Shown piece after piece: positions 12,541 to 27,646 of a stretch of DNA of 64,000 bases. The stretch lies in assembly GCA_964016885.1 (NCBI GenBank), contig OZ024741.1, positions 101,680,001 to 101,744,000 of the forward strand, read 5' to 3'. Position numbers and translations under genes: made by a program. Origin of the DNA: Eledone cirrhosa. Lineage: Eukaryota. A model generated the notes under the pieces. The model saw nothing but the letters and a program-made list of their open reading frames with translations, made no database searches and was not told the DNA's origin. Each line of letters opens with the position of its first letter. The first letter of the stretch is position 1.

Positions 12541-14038
12541 TAGGAGTTTGCTATCAATGGTGGTGGAAAGTGGGTTTTTGTGGAGTAGGGTGGGTGGGTG
12601 TATATTTCCTGTATCTGAATTAAGGATTCACATGGTTGTCGGGAAACGTGTGGGTTCATATTCATTCCAAGTTGTTCATCCTCTTCAGCTCATCCATAGA
12701 TAACGATACACAAAAATTTTTTGAGAGAAGAATGGTTAAGAAAGATAACTAGTAGTAGCATTTGTTGCTGCAGGTGATGGATGAAGGTATGTTGTGGTTT
12801 GATTGGTCAGTGAATCTATGGTGGTGTTTTGGGGCGGGGGTGGGGTGGGGATGTGAGATAGATAAATAACTATAAATACATTGGGCTCTGAGAAAGTCTA
12901 GATGTCTATGTCTATGGAACGGCAAAAAAAAAAAATAGATGAATTATACGGACATTATAAACGGAATGTGATAAAACCAACTTGCTTGACTCGTAGCTTG
13001 AAGAATGAATGCGAGAAAAATATAGGAAGATATATTGTAAGAGACATGTAGAAGAAGGGATAGAGAGAGAGGGGGGAGTGAGGTAGTCTCATGTTCAAGG
13101 CAAATTGAGAAAGTCTAGATGTCTATGTCTATGGATGGCAAAAAATAAAATAAATGAATTATACAGACATTATAAACGAAAACGATAAAATATCTTGCTT
13201 GCCTCATGGCTATCATTATCATCACCATGATAGCATGGGTTGGATGGGTCTACATAGACCAAGTCAGTACTGAAGTGGGACTATTGACCTCCCTGACAAG
13301 CTCGGGGGTGTTGGGTCTGCATCTCATTTAATTACCGTCTTACATTCTATCGGGTGCACAGTGGAGGTTGTCATGTCTTTGACACAACTAAAGGGTCTTC
13401 CAACCCATTATTTTGTCGGTTTTCTACGGCTGGATACCCTTCCTATAACCAACCACTTTACAGCATGTACTGGATGCATTTATTGTGTAGATCACCAACA
13501 TTAGTGAGGTTGTCATGTCCTTGAGGTGACTGAAGGGTCATCCCAACCATTTGTTTGGCAAGCTTTCTATGATATCTAAGGGTTTTAGGGAGGTGGCAGG
13601 CAGCAACTAAGGAATGAAAACAGGAGGGAGTGTTTGTAATGATGGTGAGGATAGCAGTTAGTGGGAGGGGCATGGGGGAGAAAGAGAGTAGCTACTAGGG
13701 TGTGATAGTGAGGGTATTGAGGGGTTTTAGAATGTGATTTGAGGGCGATTAGGCTGCAATTCCTAGTAAGTCAAATGACTGCATAGAGACTAATTTATTG
13801 ATACGATGAAGATGATTATAATTGCGATAATGATGGTAAATAAGATGATGAAAATTTTGTTAGTAGTGGTGATGATGTTGATTATAACAATAATGATAAT
13901 GTTGATAATAGTTATGAGGTTATGAGGATGATTATAATGACTATTATTATTATGATGATAATGATGGTGATGACTTTTCTATATTTACTTATCTTTTTAC
14001 TACCATTATTTCTTCTTTCCTTCCTAAACATTCTCCAG

Positions 14039-14250
14039 TTACAGACGTTGTTGTCCAATCTTGCAAAAACCAAAGACTCCAGGATGGAATCTGAATTCCT
14101 TATTTCGGTCATTCTTCCAAATGACCACACCAAGGATTGGAATCTTTGGACCTGGGCTGGAATCGAAAACTAGCAAGATTATCACTCATATACTGTGTGA
14201 TTCCACAAAAAGATTCAAACAGACTGGTGTTATTCCAGGTTCTTTTTCAG
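14039..14250 (+). CDS. FBXO4: F-box only protein 4, internal coding exon
   Basis: Pyrimidine-rich acceptor ctccag; YRRCCP...PRIGIFGPGLESKTSKII resembles vertebrate FBXO4 YRMCCP...PRFAMFGPGLE (from memory); donor gtaaga. Confidence 0.88.
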
Positions 14251-14329
14251 GTAAGAGAAATACTCAAGTTCCAAATATCTGCTCTGTGAGTGTGTGTATG
14301 TAGTTGTATATATATTTATGAGTGCATGT

Positions 14330-14690
14330 GGGTGCAACATGGCTGAATGGTTAAGAGGTTTGCTTCACAATCATTAGGCCTCGAGATTGATCCCACTATG
14401 TGGCATTAAAGTTAAGTGTTATTTACCATAGCATTGAGTTGACCCATGCCTAATGAGTATAACTGGGTAGATGGAAACTGTTTAGAAGCCATTCAGATGG
14501 ATTGTACATGTTATTCAAAGTGTCAGCCATGCTACATGTTGTGACATGTTGAATCTTTCAGAGAATTACGTTAAGGATACATATGTCTGTAGAATGCTCA
14601 GCCACTTACACATTAATTTTATGAGCACTCTGTTCCATTGATTGAACACAGGAACATTCATCATTGAAATCAATGGAGGTCTTTATATGT
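14330..14690 (+). mobile_element. Diverged tRNA-headed SINE-like repeat (intronic)
   Basis: A-box-like tggctgaatggttaagag start; the rest is decayed. Confidence 0.4.
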
Positions 14691-15491
14691 GAATGCTGGT
14701 TCTATTGTCTTAACACTTACAATGATATCACCAACACATAATTGTTTCTACTTTAGGCACAAGGCCAGCAATTACCCAGTGCATTACTGGATATCACCAA
14801 CACATAATGGTGGTTGGTTACAGCTAGAAAACTAATCAAATAAGGTATAACTATGTCCAATACACTATCCAATCATTTAGAGTTCAAATTTTGCCAAAGT
14901 CAATTCATTCATTATCTTCTCTGGATTGATGAAATAAATTGCTGTAACATACTAAGAACTATGTTATTTTTGTCACGGCTCACACAGATGTAGGCTTAGC
15001 TGGCCTCCTATGAGGCTGCATCTCATAAGAGGTTTCTTGGGTGTTAAAGACAGAGGTGCTAGTCCTTTCATTTCAACATTTTTCCAGTGATCATAGGCAG
15101 GTTTTGAATACAGAATTCACAAAGCTGGAACAGATACTGCTAGACATCCAATGCTCTAGCAATTCAGCCAATCTACCACCTTGGATTTTACATTATTTAC
15201 CAAACCCCAAAAGGATAAATGATGAAATTAACTTTGGTAGGATTTGAACCGAATGTGCAAATAACTAGAACAAATACTACAAGGCATTTAGTTTAATGCT
15301 GTAATGACTCTGCCAATTAGCCAACTTCACTGTCATTATTCAGGAGGAGGAGGAGGAGGAGGACGATGACAACGAAGAAGTTGGTAAGGATGGAGATGGT
15401 GATGATGGTAGTGGTGGTGGTGTTGGTGATGGTGATTATGGAGATGATGGTGATGTTAAATTTACTGTTCTTTTTGTTTTTTTTAAAATAG

Positions 15492-15698
15492 GTGTTGGTT
15501 CATTTTTCCTGATGAGTGTTGATGATCTGACATTCAGTTTAACAGTGATGTATTCTGGTGTTAAGAAGGACCGAGAGAGAGCAGCACATCAGGGACAGCA
15601 ACAACTGCGCCACCTACCTCAGTTTGAACACCTCAAGGCTCTTTGTCGGACCTTAGATGCCTTTGTATTTGTGGTTGATGCAACAGACACACTTGCAA
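15492..15698 (+). CDS. FBXO4: FBXO4 coding exon
   Basis: tag acceptor, gtaagt donor, phase compatible; GVGSFFLM..FSLTVMYSGVKKDRERA...LCRTLDAFVFVVDA resembles FBXO4 GIGSGV..ILYSTTRKERDRA...VCEVVDGFIYVANA. Confidence 0.88.
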
Positions 15699-15952
15699 GT
15701 AAGTAGCTTTGTGTAGGTTTTTTGCACTTTTTTGTACTGTTAAATCAAACATGTAGCTTAGTGGTTAGGGTGTTGGGTTCATGATTGCAATGTTGTGGGT
15801 TTTATTTTTGGACTGGGAGACATGTGTTCTTAAGTAAAACCCTCCACATAGCTTTTTTCTAACAAACGTGACGGCTGGCAAACCCTTCAAGGAACTCATA
15901 TGTATGCTGGGTGTACAAGTATTATGATGCGACATATCAAATATATCGATTT

Positions 15953-16040
15953 TCATCTGAGGAAACCGTTCTCATAATCAACAGCAAATGCATGAAGAAC
16001 ATCTTGATTGCATGGAGAACCGTGGAAATAATTATTATGA
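15953..16040 (+). ncRNA. Candidate intronic type I hammerhead motif
   Basis: TCAT-CTGAGGA-aaccgttctc...gagaaccgtg-GAAA-TAATTA-TT-ATGA; palindromic stem III, imperfect stem II. Confidence 0.45.
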
Positions 16041-16384
16041 TTAAACGATATATGTAACCTCAGCATCTTATTTTGTTATTTTTATAAAATTCTCCATCGT
16101 AACTAAAAACAATGATTGTTGAGAGCTTTCTCCCGCTTACTCCTGTTTTTACCAAAAAAATCTTTTCCGAACATATATATATATATAAAATACATCTGTT
16201 AAATTGTTGTAAGGCAACAGTCCCAAGGAGGAGAGCACAGAAAAAATAATGATTCAACAGCTTAATATAGGATAACATTAAAGTACTCACCAATTCAAAT
16301 CAATTTGAACAAATCAGTATCTGATAGAAAACTGCTAGAATACATAGATTCTTTGAATGACTTGTACAGTACTGTTTTTATATA

Positions 16385-16720
16385 TCATCATCATCATCAT
16401 CCTTTTTGTCCACTTTTCCCTGCTTGAAAGGGTGGGATGGGAACTGATTCTGGCTTGATTTCTACAGCTGGATGCCCTTCCTAACACCAACCTCAATTAC
16501 AGTGAATGCTGGGTGCTTTTTTGCCGAGGCACCTCCGCGACCACTTTGCAGTGGAATGATAGGAAACCCAGTTCTATCATCTCATTTCTACAGCTGAGTA
16601 AACTGGAACAATGTGAAATAAAGTGTCTTGCTCAAGGAAACAACACATCACCAGGTCTGAGAATTGAATTCACAACCTTTCGATTGCAAGGCCAATTCTC
16701 TAACCACTAAGCCATGTGCC
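16385..16720 (-). mobile_element. tRNA-derived SINE family 2 with RTE-type 3' tail
   Basis: Reverse copy of 25773-26086. Confidence 0.85.
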
Positions 16721-16773
16721 TCCATATATATATATAATCGACTACATTCTTTATCTTTTACTTCTTTATTTAG

Positions 16774-16982
16774 TGGCGTGGGCTGGAACTGAGTTGTGTA
16801 ATATGATTAATGAGAAGTTACCATCTATACAGACACCAGTGCTTGTGTTGTCATGTATTCCAGAAAATTCTTCACAACAGGTAGCTACATCAACATCATC
16901 ATCATTATCGCCATTATCAACAATGTCCTGTTTTGATGTAGTCAACTCTCTTCAGTTAACCAAATTGAATAAACCATGGCAG
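16774..16982 (+). CDS. FBXO4: FBXO4 coding exon
   Basis: tttag acceptor, gtaagt donor; PVLVLSCI...MSCFDVVNSLQLTKLNKPWQ resembles FBXO4 PLLVLSCI...MPCFYLAHELHLNLLNHPWL. Confidence 0.9.
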
Positions 16983-17289
16983 GTAAGTGAATCAATAAAA
17001 AAAAAAAGCAAAAATTTACAACTCACTCAAATATAGGTTTAGCTAACCTCATATGAAGTTGATTCTCATAGGAATTTTCTCAGGGGCTTTAATGGTAGGG
17101 GCACCAATCCTATCATGGAAAGGAACATGGAATGAAATGTCACACTGGCATAGGTTGGATGAGAAAAAGAGAGAATTGGGAGTATACTGGCAGGTGGGAC
17201 CTCAATGCTACTCCAACTCTCTGCTTGATTGAGTTTAAGGGGGAGGAAAGTGGATAGGGAAAGAGGAGTCAAGAGCATACTGTTAGGTA

Positions 17290-18200
17290 AGTGCCATTCT
17301 TACCATGCTCGTTTCATCTTGCTTGCATCTTGGTAAGTCCTCTGCACACATAACCAATGTCTCCCTTCCATGCAACATTCACACACAAGTGTCATACAAT
17401 CTGACTTTCTCTCTGAGGGATAAACCCTTTGTAACCAGCAGTGGTAGTAGCTCCTTGAACTTTTTCTAACTGGTTTTCACTCTGGCTACTGTACTTTTGG
17501 AACTCCAACCTTCACTCTTAATTTGGTCGCCAGGCAACAGAATCTGTCAACTACCTCTAGGGAGCCATCTGAACACTTGATAAAGATTGTTTCCTGTGAG
17601 CTCTTTCTATGTATCTGCCACATACATTTTGCTAGTCTGCCTGAAATTCCGCTAAATTTCTTGTGTACCCATAGCTTACATTTTGTACACAAGATGGAAT
17701 TTATACCTTCTCACTTCCTGCATACCAAGGAAGGCAATTATTTTTAAGGAATCAGGCTCCTGTTTTCCTTTTTATTTACCAGGACTTTAGTCTTTGTCAA
17801 GTTGACTGTGGTCTTTTGATTCCAGGTTTTGGCTTTATGCCTGGAATTTCTTCTCTAATTCTGGTGTGGATTTAGTTATGCAGACTAGATCATTGGCATA
17901 TAGGAGTTCCCATAGGCAGCCGGTCATAACCTCTTCTGTTATGGCCTAGAAGATAATAATATTCATGAAGGCGCTGGGGACAGAACTCTGGTTGACCCCT
18001 AAACTAAATTTGGCACTATATTTGCCACTGACTGCACTCCTGTAAAACCATTTATATACTCTAAGTTTCCTAAGAGCCCACCAGGTTATAGAATGGAGAA
18101 CTCTGTTAAAAGCTTTTCCCAGTTCAACAGATGCTAGGTAGAAGGGCTTACTCTTAGCTAGGTATTTCTCCTGCAGCTGTCTCACAAGAAGAAGGCATCT
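17290..18200 (-). mobile_element. Decayed RTE-clade LINE in the last FBXO4 intron
   Basis: VRQLQEKYLAKSKPFYLASVELGKAFNRV and CTKCKLWVHK fragments. Confidence 0.85.
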
Positions 18201-18302
18201 GTGTATGTGTGTGTGTACATGCCTGTAATATAAAAGATTGATAAGATAAGTATCAGACTTGAATAAATATATATACACTGAAAGAATTTGTGTTACTTGC
18301 AG

Positions 18303-18377
18303 GTGTGCAGGTGTGTTGTCAACAACTTAGAAGGATGTTACAAAGGATTTCAATGGGTTATCAACAAGTGCCAGTAG
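18303..18377 (+). CDS. FBXO4: FBXO4 terminal coding exon
   Basis: ttgcag acceptor, phase 0; VCRCVVNNLEGCYKGFQWVINKCQ* parallels FBXO4 ...LTGFLNGIEWIL; TAG at 18375-18377. Confidence 0.85.
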   Translation: MCRCVVNNLEGCYKGFQWVINKCQ

Positions 18378-18886
18378 GTGGCAGCACAGTTACTTACAAT
18401 CAGACAGTTTCTTGTTGCACTACCAAAAAATATGGCAGTATGTTATTCTTTTGTACTGAAGACTACCATACTAATGTTGTTGTTTAGCCTCATGTCAGCT
18501 TTGATCCAATCAGCTATAATAAAAGGAGTTCCAGCCATGACCATCTCATATCTCCCTTATTTAAACATAGGGTATCTGGCCTTCCTCATTGTTTAGCTTT
18601 AAGTCCACTGTGATTGAAAGTTTTCCAGCTGTGAACATCTTATATATCATTCTTATATGGTGTATCCATGACTACATTACCTAATATGTCCTTGTTGTTT
18701 AGTCCCAGGTTATCTTTAATCCAAATGACCTGTGATCAAATTTGAAAAAGAGTGCTCTATGTCTGAACCATCTTGGATTTGCCTGAAGATAACTAAACTT
18801 GCAGATATAGAATGTGTTTGTCCTATGCTATTTGGAGTTTGAAATTTTAGGTAGCATGCATTTATGTTGAAAACTTTATAAATAAT

Positions 18887-18920
<34 letters not shown>

Positions 18921-19409
18921 ACCAAATAAAGAGATATATGTATATACAGAGTGAGAAAGAGTCATATATCGCACAAGAAACACGGTATATTGTATATATA
19001 CCAAATACATATTCTATAGAAGAATATGTACACAGGTGGAATCATAAGTGAAACCTTATAGCATTATTTCATACCTGGAGAGTATGTTTAAAAATCGATC
19101 TATGTAATTGATCATCGAAAAAAAAAAATTTCAATTAATATAGACAAACTATCGATTATAATTAAACCACATGAGACTCAGGTACTGAACAAATTTTGTT
19201 GAACTATAGTGCAATTTTAATTTCTAAAGTAAAATATTTTATATTTAACAGCAGTTATAAATTTAAAACAGTGAAATTCTGTTATAATGAAATTCACGAG
19301 GTATGAAGAAAAATTTGTTATAATGAAAAATTCTTTATAACGAGATTGACCGAAACAAATTGAGCGTTTGTTTGTTATTACCTAGTGGGTTGAATAAAAT
19401 TTCGAGTCC

Positions 19410-21720
19410 AAGTAAAAGCCCAACGAATTCGTAGATTCGAGAAGTGAAACAACTTCTACAGGGAAAATAAGTTGTTCTCATCCAATGCCAAGTCATTTTA
19501 TAGAGAAGTAGGGAAGAAAAAAATAATTATTGAAGACCCCTGTCCATAGAAGTTGAACATTTCTGGAGTAAGATTTGGAGTGATGAGAAGACATATAATG
19601 CTAATGTAAATTGGATTAGTCGCCTGGAAAAATCCTACACAAATTTAGAAGAACAGGCATGGGAAGACATCTCTATAGCGGACTTAAGGTCAGCACTCAA
19701 TAAATCTCATCAATGGAAATCTCCTGGTAGAGACAGGGTGCCAAATTTCTGGCTTTCCTCACTCCTGTGCACTCACAATATATTGGTCAAGCTGTTTAAT
19801 GGAATTATGAAAGATCCAAAAATTACACCTGATTCGATAGCAAGTGGCAAAGAACAACGAAACCAAAGATAAAAAAAACTATCGGCCCATAACCTGCTTG
19901 TCCACCACTTATAAACTATTAACCTCTATTCTCATGAAAAAAGCTTACATGTTTTTGGAGGAGAACAATCTTTTCCCCATTGAACAAAAAGGGTGCCGAC
20001 GAGGTTCATATGGTTGCAAAGATCAACCTTTGATTAATCATATGATCCTTGAGAACTGTCATAATAAACACAGAAATCTCAGTTCTACATGGATCGATTA
20101 TAAAAAAAGCCTTTGACAGCATACCACACTCATGGATTCTGAAATCACTGGACATCTTCAAAATCTCACCTGTGATCTCAAACTTCCTGAAACACAATAT
20201 TGGGCTCTGGCATACAGCATGCAAGTATGAAAGAGAGGATAAGAAAAGAATATTACAGGAGAGTACGTGCAGTTCTGAGATCAGAACTAAACACTCGTAA
20301 CAAGGTGCTAGCCATAAATTCCTTGGCAGTCCCAGTTGTCACTTATAGCTTTGGTGTGTTGAATTGGAATATGAGTGAAATCAAAAGAATCGACACCAAA
20401 GTCCGTAAGTTACTGACCTGTAATAGGATGCACCACCCAAAAGCAGATGTGGATCGTCTTTACCTTCCTAGAACTCAAGGAGGCCGTGGCCTGATCCAAT
20501 TTGAACTTGCTTACAAGACCACCATCATTGGACTGGCCAAATACCTTGAAACAACTAACGACTGTATGCTGAAACTTGTTGAAAAGCATGAGAGAAGTAA
20601 GAAGCTTCATTCTATCTTGAAGGAGAGCAAAAAATATGCTACTGATTTCATGCTTAATACCTAGGCTGGACAGACTAAAGAAACTGTTGCAACTGATGCT
20701 GCTAGGCACATAAAATCACTGGCAAAAGCAAAAGGGCAAGGACAATTAGCATCAAATTGGGAGCAGAAACCTCTGCATGGCAAATATGAGGCCCATAGCA
20801 AACAAGCTGATGTTGACCAAAAGGACACCCATCAGTGGCTACGTAGTTCAGGGCTAAAGGCGGAGAGTGAAGGCTTCATTTTAGCTGCCCAAGATCAAAG
20901 CTTATTGACTCGTAATTACCAGGCCAATGTGATGAGAAACGGAATAAACTCAAAGTGCCGATTCTGCAATACTGAGGTTGGAACAGTGGATCACTTAGTC
21001 TCTGGATGTAAAGTTTTAGCACCAGTAGAATACAAATATAGACATGACAGAGTTGGCCAATATCTACACTGGGTAATATGTCGGCATAACAAAATAAAAG
21101 CTGAAGACGAGTGGTACAATCATCACCCTGAGGCTGTAACTGAAGGAGAAAAAGTAACAATACTCTGGGACTTTCCTGTACATACTGACAGGACCATAAA
21201 AGCAAATAGACCTGACATCATTGTAAAAGATCAACATAACAAGGTCTGTTTATTGATAGATATGAGCATCTCATGTGATCACATTATCGCGCAAAAGAAT
21301 TTGACAAGCTATGAAAATATGAAGATCTGCTTATTGAAATTGAGAAAATGTGGCACCTCAAGGCCGTTACAATACCAGTGATTGTGGGAGGACTGGGAAT
21401 GATCAAGAAAGGAACAGAACAATATTTGCAAATGATTCCTGGTTTACCCTCTCTGCAAGAGGTGCAAAAAATTGTTTTGACTGGTACTGCACACGTATTG
21501 AGAAGAGCACTATCTCTGTAAGATTGATATCCCTCCTATTTACATATGCACATGTGTATATATGTATACTGTTTTTTTTTTTTTTTTTTAAATTATAATC
21601 AATGAGCTGTATTAACTGGCTTACCAATGCACACTGTGAATTTATTTGCCCTCGGTGTCAGGAAGACACTCGGCATATATCTCAGAAACAATAATGAAAG
21701 AAAATAATAATAATAATAAT
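19410..21720 (+). mobile_element. R4/Dong-like non-LTR retrotransposon (RT plus restriction-like endonuclease), degenerate and internally deleted, (AAT)n tail
   Basis: NYRPITCL, WIDYKKAFDS, RLYLPR..GGRGL, CRFC...DHLVSGC zinc knuckle, RHD, ILWDF, NRPDII motifs. Confidence 0.88.
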
Positions 21721-21909
21721 AATTGTTTCTACTTTAGGCACAAGGCCAGCAATTACCCAGTGCATTACTGGTACTTTATTTTATCGACCCCGTAAGGATG
21801 AAAGGCAAAGCAAACCTCGGCGGGATTTGAACTCAGATCGTAAAGGGACGTAACTATGCTGGAAAGCATGGCGTCCGACCCTCTACCGATACTGCCAATC
21901 CACCGCCCT
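21721..21909 (-). mobile_element. tRNA-derived SINE family 1, full length, in (AAT)n
   Basis: A/B boxes and shared core; flanked by (AAT)n. Confidence 0.9.
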
Positions 21910-22149
21910 TAATAATAATAATAATAATAATAATGATTTCTAATAATAATAATAATCTTTTTAGAACACTTCAAAAGGCATGCTTGCTGGGAACAGCAAG
22001 AACCCTCCAATACGTCCTGAATATCCGAGGCTGCAGGTAGTGGCTTGATATTCATTTCAACAAACTTTCCAGTTAAATAACATCAATGACTGAGACACAA
22101 AGAACGATAATAAAAAAAAAAGAATTATTGGCTCCTTATTGGCATCCAG

Positions 22150-23350
22150 TCTTATCTATACAAATTTAATTTAAATCAGGGTGCTTGCTTCAAAAGAGAT
22201 AATGACACAGCAAATCCCAGAAACTACAGACCCATTATAAGCCTTCCTATAACATACAAGACCTTAACTGCTATAATAGTGTAGAAACTAACCAACAACC
22301 TGGATAAAAACAAAACAACAACTTGTTTCCGGAAGAGCAGAAAGGATGTTGCAAAAGCTGTAAAAATTAGTTACTAATCAATAAAGCCATAACAGAATAC
22401 TGCAGAAAAAAATCTCAGCATGGTATGGTTTGATTATCAGAAGGTTTTTGACAGTGTTCTCCATATGTGGATACTGAACACGACAGCCATAAGCATATTA
22501 ATACCAACAATAAAAACATTCACCAAACGCTATAAGTAAGTGGCAAACGGTTCTGCAGATTCAGATTCAGATGAATTTATAATAAACTGAGCCTTTCCCA
22601 GTAACCAGAGGGATATTTCAAGGGGAATCCTATCACCAGTCCTCTTCTGTCTAGCACTGACACCATTATCTGAGATATTAAACATGACTGGACTTGGATA
22701 TAAATGCAATGGCTAGAAAATTAGCCATCTCTTATATATGGAGAACCTAAAGCTGTATTCTGCAAATGGGAGACAACTCGAAACACTGCTCAAGACAGTA
22801 CATGGATTTACAAAAGAAATTGGCATGACATTTGGATTAGAAAAATGTACCAAGTCAACCTTGAAAGAGGAAACCTAGTAAAAAGTACTAATATCCCACT
22901 AGGTAAAGAATCTGAGATAAGAGAATTAGAACAAACACATACATACAAATACTTTGGAATAATTGAACCAGGCAGTGTTCAAAACACACATATAAAAGAA
23001 AAAATTAGAAATGAATATTATAGACTGATTAGATGACTACTTAAGACAGAATTAAATGCTAGGAATAAGGTAATAAACATCAATATTATAGTAATTCCAG
23101 TAATAAGCTAGTTTTAATATTCTAAACTAGATACTAAAAGAACTAGCAAGACTAGATAGAAAAAACATGACTGTATTTAGAATAAACAACCCAAAATCAG
23201 CTCTAGAAAGATAATACCTAACATGAACACAGGGAGGAAGAGGCCTTGTGCATCTAGGAAACTATTATCAAATAACCACTATAGGACTGCAAAAATATCT
23301 AATGAAGAATGATGGAAAGCTAATACAAACATGAACAGAAAAAAAGTACA
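22150..23350 (+). mobile_element. Highly decayed R4/Dong-like RT fragment
   Basis: Remnants WFDYQKVFDSV, GIFQGES, HLLYMENLKLY, TYKYFGI, KEKIRNEYYR. Confidence 0.7.
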
Positions 23351-23939
23351 GACATACTTTTAAAAAATATAAAAAAAAAAAATCATTTGAGAAAAATTCC
23401 TAAAAAATAATTGAAGGTGATCTGATATGCATTTGATAGATTTGCTGCTAACTACTGCATGACAGGAGTGAGAATCAGTGCTGTGAATTCTGCAGTGCAC
23501 TCTACATGTTAATGAAATTCCACTGAAGCAGGTGGAGAAGTTCAAGTACATCAGGGCTCTGTTCATGAGTAATGAACGGCAGGAGATTGAATTAAGTACA
23601 AGAATTGTAAGAGCTGGTGCAGTAATAGTTTCACACAATGAGGGTGAAGATGTGTGTGTTTAAACTTGTCCTGTACATCGCCTTTCTTTATTTCATTCTT
23701 CCAGTCACTTCTGTGTGTCAGCCACTTTTCCTTGTCCTCTTCCTCTTCCAATCTTTTCTATATTTCATCTGCCTGTCACCCATATTGTGGATTATCTCTC
23801 TGTCGACCACTGGCCGCTGGTCTCTGTCCTGCTGTCATTGATAGCATTTAGCTGTTTTAATGGCTGTTGTAGCAACGAGTTTTCTCATTTTTATATTTAT
23901 TCAAATACACTCTTGCTTCGTCTCAATCAGAGACAACAT

Positions 23940-23980
<41 letters not shown>

Positions 23981-24007
23981 GATGATTTCTCTCGAATGAA
24001 ACAGTTC

Positions 24008-24044
<37 letters not shown>

Positions 24045-24059
24045 ATATTTATATATATA

Positions 24060-26086
<2,027 letters not shown>

Positions 26087-26102
26087 TATATATATATATA
26101 TA

Positions 26103-27336
26103 CAGGGTGGGGCATAAGTTTGTAAGCAAAATTTTGAAATTTGATTTCTAAAAGTGTTGTAAGTATATCGCTAATCTTATTTTCATGTTAAAACATTAGT
26201 CTATGTAAACGTAATGGACTTTGTTTGAATTTCTTAAATAATTTGAATATGTCATCCGATAGAAAAAGGGTACTCAAAATTCATCGTGCAGGGAAGTCAG
26301 ATTCGGATATTGAAAAGTTACTTTCGGTTGCAAGATTTCCTGTTTGGGAAGCTGAGAAGCGTTTTAAAGAGCAAGATTTGTCGGATAAACCCAGAAGTGG
26401 AAGACTACGAACTAAACGGAATCCTACTCTCATTAAAACCGTTTGAGAAAGGATAAGAAGAAATTCGAAAAGGTCCATGAGAAAAATAGCAAAAGAGGTC
26501 TGAGTAAGCCCTAGGACAATGAGAAGGATCACTAATGATGACTTGGGAATGTCTTCCTTCACCCTGCATAAGACACAAACCCTTTTTGAAAAGACAAAAC
26601 AAAAAAAGGCTAGAGAGAAGCAAGAATTAGCTTAAAGAAATGAAAGGTGGCATGACGGAGGAAATTGTCTGGTCAGATAAAAAGATTTTCACTGTTGAGC
26701 AGACACACAACTGAAGAAATGATCGAATCATTAGAAAAAAGCAACAGTAATCAGTGTTGAGTCCCAAATCTGTATTCCATAAAATGAAACCAGCTTCTGT
26801 TATGGTCTAGGGAGCTGTTTCATAATCTTGGAGGGCTCCTCTCCTTTTTGTAGAAGAAAGGACAAAAATCAGCTCCCAATCTTACATAAACGGTACTCTG
26901 GACTCCAAGCTTGCTTCTGCAACTAGTTATCTTGGCAATGATTATCTGTGAACCTTCCAACAGGATGGGGTTACCTCCCATAGAACAAATGTCACACAAG
27001 CTTGGTGTAGAGACCATCTTCCGAGGTTCTAGTTAAAAGAAATGTGGTCTCCTTGTTCCCTTGATTTGCACCCTATGGACTTTTCAGTCTAGTCTATCCT
27101 TGAAGAAAAAACCTGTTCAAAAGTCCATAAGACAGTTGATTTAAAGGCATCTTTACTGAGCGCGTGAAAGATGTTCGATGGAGGTTAGAGGCTGTTTTTG
27201 CTGCACGTGGGGGTCATTTTGAATAAACTCTATACATTATATTCTAAAGATAATGTATAATTACATATATATTGTTTGTCAATAAAGTTAATGGTTTTGT
27301 TATTAAAAACATTTCTATTTGCTTCCAAACATGCTG
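26103..27336 (+). mobile_element. Tc1/mariner-superfamily DNA transposon (DDxD, maT-like), pseudogenised transposase
   Basis: TA flanks; imperfect TIRs (cag..gcataagtttgtaagcaaa / tttgcttccaaacatgctg); remnants DKPRSGR, WSDKKIF, FQQDG..SH, WSPCSLDLHPMDFSV. Confidence 0.85.
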
Positions 27337-27341
27337 TATGT

Positions 27342-27612
27342 ATCATCATCATCATCATCATCACCGTTTTACGTCCGTTCTTCCACGCTAGCATGGGTTA
27401 GACGGGTTGTCCTGTTGTGGGCAGTGTCTGGTCGGCTGACCATGCCTTGCTCATACAGGAACTGATCTGGCTTGATTTCTACAGCTGGATGCCCTTCCTA
27501 ACACCAACCTCATTTACAGTGAGTGCTGGGTGCTTTTTCGTGGCGCCTACACGTCCACTTTACAGTGTGGGCTGGGTGCTTTTTTGCCGTGGCACCTCCA
27601 CGACCACTTTGC
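27342..27612 (-). mobile_element. Short retroposon (RTE 3'-tail family)
   Basis: (CAT)n tail plus the shared ctacagctggatgcccttcctaacaccaacc block. Confidence 0.7.
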
Positions 27613-27646
27613 GGTGGGGGGAGTGGGGGCATATTGTTTATATGCT

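Noticed and set aside
12887-13205. ~110-bp direct duplication (gagaaagtctagatgtctatgtctatgga...)
   Set aside because: Real, but no evidence of function; probably a repeat-internal duplication upstream of the RTE fragment
13922-14173. ORF with hydrophobic N-terminus overlapping the FBXO4 exon
   Set aside because: Wrong frame; the N-terminus derives from (ATG/ATT)n repeats and the polypyrimidine tract
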